In this document: positions 34,994-45,426 of the stretch, one piece after another | Position numbering within the stretch: position 1 is the first letter of the stretch | How the letters are laid out: each line of letters starts with the position of its first letter | Assembly: GCA_963769425.1 (NCBI GenBank) | Contig: CAVYLP010000006.1 | Coordinates: 768,001-832,000 of the forward strand | Source: Candidatus Bathyarchaeota archaeon | GTDB taxonomy: Archaea > Thermoproteota > Bathyarchaeia > TCS64 | Length of the DNA: 64,000 nucleotides | Direction: 5' to 3' | Notes under the pieces: model-generated | What the model saw: the letters and a program-made list of their open reading frames with translations, nothing else | Database searches by the model: none | Told to the model about the DNA's origin: nothing | Program-made: the position numbers and the translations under genes

Positions 34994-35690
34994 CTACCGC
35001 TCCCTCCCGAGGTAGGCGATGAGGAAGTTCAGGGATGAGGACGACTATGAGGAGGATGAAGCTGAGGGCGAAGGCTAGGCCGAGTTCACCCATGTTCGTC
35101 TGCAGGGCGATGGCGCTGGTTAGGACCCTCGTGAGCCCCTCTATGTTCCCCCCGATCATCATGGCGATGCCGAGTTCGGCGAAGGCCCTGTTGAAGCTGG
35201 AGACGAGGGCGAGGGAGACCCCGCTCCATGCCTCCCTGAGGACGGCTAGGCTGCTCTCGTACTCGGAGGCGCCGAGGGTCCGGGCGAGGTCCCGCACGCC
35301 GACATCCCTCGCCTCGACGGCGCTCGCCACGAAGCTGATGACTAAAGGTGTAACGAGGACCGCCTCACCAACGGCTATCCCCGGCACCGTGTAGAGTAGC
35401 TGCAGATACCCCAATGGCCCGCTCCTCGAGAAGAGGATGTAGAGGAAGAGACCGAGGGTCACCGTGGGGACGCCGACGAGGGCGCTGAAGAGGGTCTTGA
35501 GGAAGCCCCTCCCCCTGAATGAGCCGAGGCCGATAGCGACCCCTATCGGCATGCCAACTAGGGCCGCCATCCCCGTCGCCGCAGCGGCGGTCTCGAGGCT
35601 CCTCAGGGCGATCTGCATGACTTCCCTGTCCCCCGTGAGGATAAGGCGCACACCCTGTGTAAGGCCGTCGATGATTGGCTGCCAGCTCAA
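34994..35690 (-). CDS. tupB: Tungstate ABC transporter permease (frameshift near C-terminus)
   Basis: P.V..GL..Y..FSRSGPLG, ELG..MMIGGNI.G.TRVLTSAI. Confidence 0.88.
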
Positions 35691-35727
35691 AAATGGGCCC
35701 CTTCAAGAAATGGTGGACTCAGTCCCT

Positions 35728-36747
35728 TTATTTGTATAGGTCGTCCGCCTGGACGCGGTACTTGGTCGGGCACTCGGTGCCGTTGATGTAGGCGTAGTTC
35801 TGGACCCACTGGATCGTCGTTGTGTCGGTGCCGCTGTCTTCAGGGGTATCCAGGGCTTGAAGACGGTCTGGCCCGCGACGCCGAAGCTGCCGAAGAGGTT
35901 CTGCCCGTCGGTGGAGACTAGGTACCTCTCGAAGGTCATCGCTGCGTCGAATGTACCCCTGTAGTTCTTCGAGCTGGGGTTGCATGACTATGACGGAGTA
36001 GACGTTGAGCATGTCCTTACCCGGCCCGACGTACTGGACGAGGTGGATGTTGCCGTTCGCCTGGTTGTTGAGGAAGCTGGCGATGTCGGTTAGGGTGTAG
36101 GCGTTCTTCTGGTCGGCGAGCTGGAGGGTCGCCGTCATGCCCGCGCCGGCGGATAGGTACCAGGGGTTACCGCTGGGGTCCTTCTCCGCGGCGAGCTTCG
36201 TGGTGTCGAAGCCCGGCCAGCTTGAAGAGGGCGATCTCCTTCGTGTTTGTGCCCGACTTGTCTCCCCTGCTCACCCAGAGTGCGCCGTCCCGCCTCCCCG
36301 GCGCGACGATCTTCTTCAGGGCGTCGACGATGGAGAGCCCCTTGATGCCCGCTGGGTCGCTCGCTGGCCCGACGAGGAGGAAGTAGTTGTAGGCGACGAT
36401 CTTCCTGTTGACGCCGGTGCCGTTGGTGAGGAATATCTTCTCGCTGGAGGGCGCGTGGACGAGGACGAGGTCAGCGTCTCCGCGGGCGGCCGTCGCCAGC
36501 GCCAGCCCCGTCCCCTGGCTGATGAAGCTCACGTTGTACTGCGGGTACTGTCGTCTCGAAGCTCTTCTTGAGGATCGGAGAGGAACCCAGTCTCGTAGAG
36601 GCTCGTAGTCGTCGAGACTATTAGCTGGGTCTTGCCCGCGACGGGGCGGTTGAAGTACCAGACCGCGCCGACGAGCGCGACAACGACTACAACGGCGAGG
36701 ATTACCGCCGTCTTCTGATTGATTGCCATGCCCTTCTTCTCTGTCAT
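35728..36747 (-). CDS. tupA: Tungstate ABC transporter substrate-binding protein (several frameshifts)
   Basis: N-terminal anchor, STTTSLYETG (TupA TTTS motif), GTG.AL, VHAP, SRGD.SGT, N.YSVI. Confidence 0.85.
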
Positions 36748-36862
36748 CTCGAATCACTATTCGAAGTGTCTAGTCATGCAAGTCGGATAAGCTTTGCCGT
36801 CATGCACGCGCATGCATAACCATTTTAGGGCGCGGGGAACCCGTATTGAGGCGAGTATCGGG

Positions 36863-37779
36863 TTGGAGTCCCTCGTCGACCCCTTCGGGAGGCGCGTATC
36901 GAGCCTCCGCGTCAGCGTCACGCAGAGGTGTGACCTCGCCTGCTTCTTCTGCCACCGCGAGGGGGAGCACGACCCGGGGAAGGAGATGACCCCAGCCGAG
37001 ATCGGGCGAATAGTCGAGGTCGCCTCGGGGCTCGGCGTCACGAAGATCAAGGTCACCGGCGGGGAGCCACTGATGAGGGAGGACATAGTCGAGGTCATCC
37101 GCCTCATCTCCCCGCACGTCAGGGAGGTCTCTATGACGACGAACGCCCTCCAGCTCCCCGGGAAGGCCATCGCCCTCAGGGAGGCGGGTCTAAAGAGGGT
37201 CAACATAAGCCTCCACAGCCTCAAGCGGGAGACGGTGAAGAGGATCGCGGGCGTCGACTGCCTCGACGGGGTCAAGGCGGGGATAAGGGCCGCGGACGAG
37301 GCGGGGCTCAAGCCCATCAAACTCAACTTCGTCGTGATGAAGGGACTCAACTCCGGACGAGATACCCGATATGCTCCGCCTCTCCGCGGAGACGGGGGCA
37401 ATCCTCCAACTCATCGAGTACCAGAGCCTCGAGCGGGGCGTGGAGCGGTGGGGGGACCTCTACTATCGACTTGACGCCGCTCGAGCGTGTGTGGGACCGG
37501 GAGGCGGTGAGCGTCGAGGAGCAGGTGATGCACAGGAGGAAGAGGTACACGCTCGCCGACGGGGCGACGGTGGAGATCGTGCGCCCCATCCACAACACGG
37601 TCTTCTGCGCCAACTGCAACAGGCTACGCCTCACGAGCGACGGTCGCCTCAAGCCCTGCCTCATGCGGGGGGACAACCTCGTCCCCGTGGTGCAACTCTT
37701 AAGGAGCGGGGCGACGAAGGAGGAACTGGTGGACGCCTTCAGGACTGGCGACGAGCCTGAGGGCCCCGTACTGGAGTGA
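36863..37779 (+). CDS. moaA: GTP 3',8-cyclase (frameshifted)
   Basis: LRVSVTQRCDLACFFC radical-SAM motif, TGGEP, FCANCNRLRLTSDG.LKPCL. Confidence 0.92.
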
Positions 37780-37785
37780 GGATAA

Positions 37786-38031
37786 GTGAGTCTGAGGGTA
37801 CGCTACTTCGCGAGTATACGCGAGTTCACGGGGTTGAAGGAGGAGCAGTTGGAGGTCCCCGAGGGCTCAACGGCTGAGGCGCTGAAGCGCAGGGTTCAGG
37901 GGCTCCACGCCTCCCTCAAGGGGCAGGAGGAGAACATCCTAGTTGCCGTCAACGGCTCCTTCGTCGAGCCGAATCGGGTCCTAAAGGTGGGGGACGAGGT
38001 CGCCCTCTTCCCACCCGTGAGTGGGGGCTGA
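37786..38031 (+). CDS. moaD: MoaD/SAMP ubiquitin-like sulfur carrier
   Basis: YFASIRE...VAVN...GDEVALFPPVSGG. Confidence 0.93.
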   Translation: MSLRVRYFASIREFTGLKEEQLEVPEGSTAEALKRRVQGLHASLKGQEENILVAVNGSFVEPNRVLKVGDEVALFPPVSGG

Positions 38032-38458
38032 GACCTTGATCAGGGTCACCCGCGACGACTTCAGCGTCGACGAGGAGCTGATGAGGATCAAGAAGCCCTC
38101 CGTGGGGGGATTGGTTGTCTTCGTTGGCACCGTCCGCGACAAGTCGGAGGCGGGTCACGTGGAGCGCATGGAGATCGAGGTCTACCCCGAGATGGCGGAG
38201 AGGCAGCTCACCCTCATCAGGGGCGAGGCGCTAGCGAAGTTTGGCGTCGACAACGTCCTCGTCGTCCACAGGTACGGCGACCTAAAGGTCGGGGACAACA
38301 TTGTCCTCGTCGTCGTCTCCGCGGAGCATCGAGAGGCGGCCTTCGACGCCTGTAGGTACGTTATCGACGAGCTGAAGAAGAGGGTGCCCATCTGGAAGAG
38401 GGAGCACACCCCCTCGGGGGCGCGCTGGGTGGAGGCTGGTAGACCTGACGAAGATTGA
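38021..38458 (+). CDS. moaE: Molybdopterin synthase catalytic subunit
   Basis: FVGTVR, HR.G.L..G, HR..AF, LK..VPIWK.E. Confidence 0.93.
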   Translation: MGAETLIRVTRDDFSVDEELMRIKKPSVGGLVVFVGTVRDKSEAGHVERMEIEVYPEMAERQLTLIRGEALAKFGVDNVLVVHRYGDLKVGDNIVLVVVSAEHREAAFDACRYVIDELKKRVPIWKREHTPSGARWVEAGRPDED

Positions 38459-38468
38459 CCCGTTTGGC

Positions 38469-38897
38469 ATGGTCGACATCGCCGACAAGGAGTCGGTGCT
38501 CCGCACCGCGGAGGCGGCCGGCAGAATTACGCTCAAGAAGGAGACGATCGAGGCGATTAGGGCGGGAAAAGTGAAGAAGGGCGACCCCCTCGCCGTCGCC
38601 GAGATAGCCTGCATACAGGCCGTGAAGAGGACGCCCGACCTCATCCCGATGTGCCACCAGATACCTATCTCATCCGTGGACGCCTCCTTCATCTTCGGAG
38701 CCGACTACGTCGAGGCGAAGTGCCGCGTCTCCGCTACATACAAGACGGGGGTCGAGATGGAGGCACTAACAGGGGTCTCCATCGCCCTGCTCAACATCTG
38801 GGACATGGTCAAGTACATGGAGAAGGACGAGGCGGGCCAGTACCCGACGACGAGGATCGCGGACATCAAGGTCATCGAGAAGAGGAAGGGAAGGTAA
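38469..38897 (+). CDS. moaC: Cyclic pyranopterin monophosphate synthase
   Basis: MVDI..K, KGD, LIPMCH, TGVEMEAL, IWDMVK. Confidence 0.95.
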   Translation: MVDIADKESVLRTAEAAGRITLKKETIEAIRAGKVKKGDPLAVAEIACIQAVKRTPDLIPMCHQIPISSVDASFIFGADYVEAKCRVSATYKTGVEMEALTGVSIALLNIWDMVKYMEKDEAGQYPTTRIADIKVIEKRKGR

Positions 38898-39394
38898 TGA
38901 GCGAGCACCCAACGAGCAAGAAGGCGCCGACGACCTTCGGACTCATAATAACCAGCGACACCCGCACGGAGCGGGAGGACGAGACGGGTAGGATAGCGGT
39001 CGGCCTCATCGAGGGAGACGGCCACAGGGTGGCGAACCACACACTCGTCCCAAACAATGAGGAGAGGATCAAGACCGAGGTCGAGAGGCTTCTAAGCGAT
39101 GACTCCGTCGCGGTTATAGTGACGAGCGGGGGAACCGGCATCGGGTCGAAGGATAGGACCGTCGCCGCCGTCGCGCCGCTTCTCGAGAAGGAGATGCCCG
39201 GATTCGGGGAACTCTTCCGTAGGATCAGCTACGACGAGGTGGGGGGCGCAGCCATCATGAGTCGAGCCACCGCAGGCGTAGCGAGGGGGAAGCTCGTCTT
39301 CTGTCTCCCCGGCTCCCGAAACGCGATGAAGGTTGCCCTCACCAGGATCATTCTCCCCAACGTGGGGCACATGCAGTGGGAGCTGAGTAGATGA
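38897..39394 (+). CDS. moaB: MoaB/Mog molybdopterin adenylyltransferase
   Basis: SDTR, SGGTG...DRT, PGFGELFR, SRA.AG, LPGS. Confidence 0.92.
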   Translation: MSEHPTSKKAPTTFGLIITSDTRTEREDETGRIAVGLIEGDGHRVANHTLVPNNEERIKTEVERLLSDDSVAVIVTSGGTGIGSKDRTVAAVAPLLEKEMPGFGELFRRISYDEVGGAAIMSRATAGVARGKLVFCLPGSRNAMKVALTRIILPNVGHMQWELSR

Positions 39395-40596
39395 AGCCCT
39401 TCGGAAAGCTTATGACGCGCCTCGAGGCGGTGCGCATCATAAACGAGAACGTAAAGCGGATCAAGCGTGTCGAGGATGTGCCAATCGAGGAGGCAGCGGG
39501 GAGGGTCCTCGCCGAGGGTGTGGTCGCCGGCTTCAACGTGCCGCCATTCAACAGGAGCTCGATGGACGGCTATGCTGTGAAGGCGAGGGACACCACGGAG
39601 GCGTCGTCGAAGCCTGTTACGCTGAAACTCATAGGCGCCCGCCACGCCGGGGAGGTATTCGACGGCGTGATCGGGGACGGCGAATGCATAGAGATCGCCA
39701 CCGGTGCCCCCGTGCCGAAGGGTGCGGACGCCGTCGTCATGGTCGAGTACACAAGGCTCGCAGGCGACGGGGTCGAGATAAAGAGGGAAGCGAGGGTCGG
39801 AGACAACATCGCCCCCGAGGGGGAGGACATCAAGAAGGGGGAGGCCGTCGTCAAAGCGGGCGAGTTCCTCACCCCGGGCAGGCTGGGCGCCGTCGCCGCT
39901 CTCGGCTTCTCAAGAGTCAAGGCTTACGCGAGGCCACGCGTCGCCATCTACTCAACCGGCAACGAGGTCGTCCCACAGGGGAAGACGCTGAAGCCGGGGC
40001 AGGTCTACGACATAAACAGCTACACACTTTCAGCGGTGGTCGCGGCGAACGGCTGCGTCCCAGTCAGGAGGGGGCTCGTGAGAGACGACCCCGAGGCTAT
40101 CACAGACGCTGTAAGAGATGCAGCCAAACACGATGTCGCCGTCTTCAGCGGGGGCAGCAGCGTCGGCGTCAAGGACCTATTCGCGAGCGTCATCGAGGAC
40201 CTAGGAAGGGTCCACTTCCACGGGCTCAGGGTGAAGCCGGGGAAACCTACGCTCTTCGGCGAGGTCGGGGGAACGCCTGTCTTCGGTATGCCCGGGTATT
40301 CGACGAGCTGCCTAAACAACGCCTACGTCTTCCTCGTGCCCGCGTTGAGGAGGATGGCAGGGCTACCTCCCGCTGAGGTTAGGAATGTGGTGGCGAAGCT
40401 GAGCCGACCAATCAAGGCGGAGGGGGAGAGGGAGCAGTTCTATTCCGTCCACGTTGAGGGGGGCGAGGCTGTGCCCGTTTTCAAGCAGAGCGGCGACATA
40501 ACCAGCATGGCATACGCCAACGGCTACATAATAATCTCGATAGGAACAAAACTTCTCGACAAAGGCGCAGAAGTAATCGTCTACTTCTTCGACTGA
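39391..40596 (+). CDS. moeA: Molybdopterin molybdotransferase
   Basis: SMDGYAV, IATGAP.P.GADAV, STGNE, SGGSS.G..D, KPGKP, PG. Confidence 0.95.
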   Translation: MKPFGKLMTRLEAVRIINENVKRIKRVEDVPIEEAAGRVLAEGVVAGFNVPPFNRSSMDGYAVKARDTTEASSKPVTLKLIGARHAGEVFDGVIGDGECIEIATGAPVPKGADAVVMVEYTRLAGDGVEIKREARVGDNIAPEGEDIKKGEAVVKAGEFLTPGRLGAVAALGFSRVKAYARPRVAIYSTGNEVVPQGKTLKPGQVYDINSYTLSAVVAANGCVPVRRGLVRDDPEAITDAVRDAAKHDVAVFSGGSSVGVKDLFASVIEDLGRVHFHGLRVKPGKPTLFGEVGGTPVFGMPGYSTSCLNNAYVFLVPALRRMAGLPPAEVRNVVAKLSRPIKAEGEREQFYSVHVEGGEAVPVFKQSGDITSMAYANGYIIISIGTKLLDKGAEVIVYFFD

Positions 40597-41138
40597 ACCC
40601 TATTCTTCCACTCCACCGCGAGGAGCCCGAAGAATAGCTCGTCGTGGAAATCATCCTTGTAGATATGCCTCTGCCTGAGACACCCCTCCAGGGTGAAGCC
40701 CGTCCTCTCCAGGATCCTGTTCGACGCCGCGTTCTCCGAGTCGGTCGTCGCCTCGACTCGGTTAAGGTCCAGCTTCTCGAAGCCGTAGCGGAGTATTTCC
40801 TCCACGGCCTCCGTCATAAGCCCCATGCCCCATTGCTCTTTGAGCATGTCGTACCCCATCTCGGCGCGGCGACTCTCCTTCGTATAGTAGTAGAGGCCGA
40901 TGGTGCCTATGGGTTCTCCCGTATCCTTAAGCTCGATGACGACCCTGAAGTGGTTCGGGAAGCCGGGTTTGAGATACGTCTCGTACATCTGCTCCGCCTC
41001 GGCGAGCGTCTTAATGTCGTCGTAGCCGCTGTAGAGGTTGGTCTCGCTCCTGGCGAATAGCTTGAGGATGAATGGTATGTCATCGGGTGTGACTGGGCGC
41101 AGTGTTAGGCGCGGCGTGCTGAGGGTCGGTGTATCCAT
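40581..41138 (-). CDS. RimJ/RimL-like GNAT acetyltransferase
   Basis: TPRLTLRP, E.GY, WG.G.MTEA, N.AS...LE..GF..EG.LR; start uncertain. Confidence 0.88.
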   Translation of the reverse strand: MDTPTLSTPRLTLRPVTPDDIPFILKLFARSETNLYSGYDDIKTLAEAEQMYETYLKPGFPNHFRVVIELKDTGEPIGTIGLYYYTKESRRAEMGYDMLKEQWGMGLMTEAVEEILRYGFEKLDLNRVEATTDSENAASNRILERTGFTLEGCLRQRHIYKDDFHDELFFGLLAVEWKNRVQSKK

Positions 41139-41215
41139 CCCGGGAAATGTAGTGGTTCGGGAAGAAAAGGGCTGCGAGGCGCTGGTCTTAAAGCCATCAT
41201 CACGGACATCCACCC

Positions 41216-42511
41216 ATGAGCAAGAAGGCGTTCAAGTACGAGCTCGGTGAGGACTTCGCCCTGCGCATGGACGCGGAGGACCCCCTCGCCGTCTTCAGGA
41301 ACCGCTTCTACCACATCCCCAATAGCATCTACATGGATGGTAACAGCCTCGGCCTCATGAGCCGGGACGCGGAGAAGACTCTTCTGAGGGTGGCCAACGA
41401 GTGGAAGACCCTCGGCATCTCCGGCTGGGGGAGGGGGAGGATACCCTGGATCGACTACGGTGAGGCGCTAGGCAACATGGAGGCACCCCTCGTCGGAGCG
41501 GAGCCAGGGGAGGTTATCGTCACCAACAGCACCACCGTCAACCTCCACAACCTCGTCGCCACCTTCTACGAGCCCAAGGGTAAGCGCCGCAAGATACTAG
41601 CTGACGAGCTAAACTTCCCGAGCGACCTCTACGCCCTATACGCCGACATAATCCTCGCAGGAGGGGACCCCGAGGAGGACCTCGTACTCGTCAAGAGCAG
41701 GAACGGCCTCATCGAGGAGGACGATATAATCGAGCAGATGACCGGCGAGGTGGCCCTCGCGCTCCTTCCGAGCGTCTACTACAAGTCGGGGCAGCTCACC
41801 GACATGGTGCGCCTCACCAAGGCGGCGCACCGCAAGAAGATCTGGATAGGCTTCGACTGCAGCCACAGCGTCGGCGTCGTCCCCCACTTCTTCGACAGGT
41901 GGGACGTCGACTTCGCCTTCTGGTGCAACTACAAGTACATGAACGCGGGCCCCGGCGGCACAGCGAGCCTCTACGTGAATAAGAGGCTCTTCGGCGTCCG
42001 CCCCGGCCTCGTTGGGTGGTGGGGGAACAGCCGCTCCACCATGTTCAACATGGAGACGAAGTACGACCCGGCGAAGAACGCGGCGGCTTGGCAGATCGGC
42101 ACTATAAACATGTTCAGCGCCGCGCCGCTGGAGGGCTCCCTCCGAATTATGGGAGAGGCGGGGATAGAGCGGATCAGGGAGAAGAGCCTCAAGATCACGG
42201 GTTACCTCATGTACCTCATCGACGAGATGCTGGGGAAGGCGCCCTACAACTACTCGATCGCGACTCCCCGCGAGCCGGAGCGCCGCGGCGGCCACGTCGG
42301 CGTCGCCCACAAGGAGGGCTGGAGGATCAACCAGGCGCTAATAGCGCGGGGCGTGATCCCCGACTTCCGCCCGCCGAACATCATGCGCCTCGCACCAATC
42401 CCACTCTACGTCAGCTACCACGACGTCTGGAAGGTCGCACAGCACCTAAAGGCCGTCATCGACAACAAGGAATACCTGAAGTTCAAGGACGAGCGATCCA
42501 CCGTCACATAG
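41216..42511 (+). CDS. kynU: Kynureninase
   Basis: GNSLG, NFPSD, FDCSHSVG, WCNYKY.NAGPG (PLP lysine), RGG, DFR.P...R.AP.PLY. Confidence 0.93.
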   Translation: MSKKAFKYELGEDFALRMDAEDPLAVFRNRFYHIPNSIYMDGNSLGLMSRDAEKTLLRVANEWKTLGISGWGRGRIPWIDYGEALGNMEAPLVGAEPGEVIVTNSTTVNLHNLVATFYEPKGKRRKILADELNFPSDLYALYADIILAGGDPEEDLVLVKSRNGLIEEDDIIEQMTGEVALALLPSVYYKSGQLTDMVRLTKAAHRKKIWIGFDCSHSVGVVPHFFDRWDVDFAFWCNYKYMNAGPGGTASLYVNKRLFGVRPGLVGWWGNSRSTMFNMETKYDPAKNAAAWQIGTINMFSAAPLEGSLRIMGEAGIERIREKSLKITGYLMYLIDEMLGKAPYNYSIATPREPERRGGHVGVAHKEGWRINQALIARGVIPDFRPPNIMRLAPIPLYVSYHDVWKVAQHLKAVIDNKEYLKFKDERSTVT

Positions 42512-42548
42512 CCCAACATATTTTACCACACCGGGCGTATCCATCCCC

Positions 42549-44049
42549 ATGCCCGAGACCCGCGGGGGATACATCCTCGCCCTCGACGAGGGGACGACGA
42601 GCGCCCGAGCCCTGCTCCTAAACCGCGAGGCGGAGGTCCTCTCTCAGGGCCAGTTCAAAATCAAGCAGTATTACCCATGCCCCGGCTGGGTTGAGCAGGA
42701 CCCGCGGGATATCTGGGGTGCCCAGCTTAGGGCAGCGAGGAAGGCAATCAAGGGAGCGAAGATTGCCCCCTCCGATATAGCGTGCATCGGTATCACCAAC
42801 CAGCGTGAGACCACTGTCCTCTGGGACAGGGAGACGGGTGAGCCCGTCCACAACGCGATAGTCTGGCAGTGCAGGCGCACCGCCGAGATCGTCGAGGCCC
42901 TCAAGCCACAGGCAGCCCTGATCAAGGAGAAGACCGGCCTCGTCCCCGACTCCTACTTCAGCGGGCCCAAGATCAGGTGGATACTCGACAACGTCCCCGG
43001 GCCTCCGACGGAGGGCGGAGAAGGGCGACGTACTCTTCGGCACCGTCGACTCGTGGCTCATCTGGAATCTCACGGGAGGAAGGGTCCACGCCGTCGACTA
43101 CTCGAACGCGTCAGCCGCACGATGCTCTTCGACATCAGGAGGCTCCGCTGGGACACTGAGCTTCTCGGGCTCCTCGGCGTCCCCGCGGCGATGCTCCCCG
43201 AGCCCCGCCCCGTCCAGCGGCGTAATCGGGTACACCGACACGAGGCTACTCGGCGCTAGCATCCCTATCGCTGGGGTCCTCGGCGACCAGCAGGCGGCTC
43301 TCTTCGGCCAGACCGCCTTCGAGCGCCGGCGAGGCGAAGTGCACCTACGGCACGGGGAACTTCATGCTCATGAACACCGGGCTCGAAGCCGGCGAAGTCG
43401 GAGAGGCTACTCACCACCGTGGCGTGGGGTATCGGCGGGGAGACGACCTACGCCCTCGAGGGGAGCGTCTTCGTCACGGGTGCAGCCGTCGAGTGGCTCA
43501 AGGACCGCGGGGTCGCCAAGAACGCCACGGGAGGCGGAGACCTCGCAGAGAGCCTCGCGGGCAACGACGGTGTCTACTTCGTCCCCGCCCTCACCGGGCT
43601 CGGCGCCCCCCACTGGGACCAGTACGCCGCGGCACCATCCTCGGCCTCACCCGTGGCACAGGCAGGGCACACATCGCACGCGCCACCCTCGAGGCCATCG
43701 CCTACCTCACCCGCGACGTCTCCGACGCCATGGAGGCGGAGAGCGGGATCAGGCTCCGCGAGCTACGCGTCGACGGCGGCGCTACCCGCAACGACTTCCT
43801 CATGCAGTTCCAGGCCGACATCCTTGGGAGGCGCGTCGTCCGCCCCACGAACACAGAGACGACCGCCCTCGGCGCCGCATTCGCCGCCGGACTCGCCGTC
43901 GACTACTGGAGCAAAGGACGAATTCGCGAAGATATGGCGCGCCGAGAGGGTCTACGAGCCCGATATGGAGAAAGCGGAGCGCGAGGGGCTCTACTCGAAA
44001 TGGGGCGAGGCCGTCACCCGGTCTCTCGACTGGGCCAAGACCGGAATGA
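42549..44049 (+). CDS. glpK: Glycerol kinase (several frameshifts)
   Basis: [55 protein letters not shown] across frames. Confidence 0.9.
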
Positions 44050-44107
44050 TTCTCGCGAATCAAGTTAAATGCCGGAGCCGTGCCACACTAGGCTGGTAAG
44101 TGAATCA

Positions 44108-45191
44108 ATGCCAGAGGAAGTAGCCTGGGTCAAGATCGAGACGCTTCGCAGCTTCATGGTCGACGTCTTCAAGAAGGTCGGCGTCCCCGACGGGCGACGC
44201 CGAGACATGCGCCGACGTGCTCATCGCCGCGGACAGGCAGGGCATAGACAGCCACGGCGTCAGCCGCCTCAAGCCCATCTACTACGACCGCATAATGGCG
44301 AAGCAGCAGCAACCCGACGACCAACTTCGAGGTCATCAGGGAGGGACCAACGACGGCGGTCGTCGACGGCCACAACGGCATGGGCATGGTCGTCGGCGAG
44401 AAGGCGATGGCGATGGCGATCGAGAAGGCGAAGAAGCTACGGCATGGGCATGGTCGCCGCCAAGAACAGCACCCACTTCGGCATCGCCGGCTACTACGCC
44501 CAGATGGCGGTCGACGCGGGGATGATCGGCATCGTCGGCACAAACGCGCGCCCCACCATCCCGCCCACCTTCGGCACCGAGAACATGCTCGGCACAAACC
44601 CCCTCACATTCGGTATGCCAAGCGACGAGGCCTTCCCGTTCATGCTCGACTGCGCCACCAGCATCATCCAGCGCGGCAAGGTCGAGGTCTACGCACGCGA
44701 TCGGCAAGAAGGTCCCCGAGGGCCTCGTCATCGACGCCGACGGCGAATACATGACAGACCCCGACGAGATACTCCGCGACCTGACCAAGGGCACGGCCGC
44801 CCTCCTCCCCATCGGCGGCCTCGAGGAGACGGGCGGCTACAAGGGCTACGGCTACGCCACCGTCGTCGAGATACTAAGCGCCAGCCTCCAGGGCGGAGCA
44901 TTCCTCAAGGCGCTCACCGGCACGAACCTCGGCCACTTCTTCATGGCGGTCGACGTCGAGGCCTTCACCGACCTCGACGACTTCAAGAAGACGACCGGCG
45001 ACATACTCCGCGGCCTACGCGCAAGCCGCAAGATGCCGGGCCACGACCGCATCTACACGGCAGGCGAGAAGGAGTACCTCACCTGGCCGGAGCGCAAGAA
45101 GACGGGCATCCCCCTCAACAAGAGCCTCCAGAAGGAACTCGCCCAGCTCAGTGACGAGTGCGGCCTCAAGAACTACCGATTCCCCTTCTAA
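44108..45191 (+). CDS. Ldh_2 (malate/L-lactate/ureidoglycolate dehydrogenase) family oxidoreductase (frameshifted)
   Basis: GIDSHG, NSTHFG, GTNP, LDCATS, GG.KGYG, GHFF.A.D. Confidence 0.88.
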
Positions 45192-45268
45192 GCCACGGAG
45201 AGTAATCCGAGTCCCCAGACGGGCAACTCGACACCACACACTTTATAGCGGATTTCCTCCGACTGCCA

Positions 45269-45344
45269 CGTCGCCGTCAACGAACCCGGAAAAACACCCT
45301 AAACCATAAAACCGGTTAAAATAACCGGAAACGCGACGGCGGCG
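45269..45344 (+). ncRNA. Candidate small structured RNA or 5' leader element
   Basis: 10-bp terminal stem enclosing a 7-bp hairpin, starting ~22 nt after TTTATA. Confidence 0.3.
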
Positions 45345-45426
45345 AAGGGACTACACCTCTCCCCCCATACACGCACGCGATGACAAATAATATCAACACC
45401 CCCACCCCCATCAAGACGAATCCACG

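Noticed and set aside
42549-45191. Programmed frameshifting or pseudogenisation of glpK and the Ldh_2 gene
   Set aside because: Several indels per gene, no slippery heptamer with downstream structure, all catalytic motifs intact; same pattern as in top6B.
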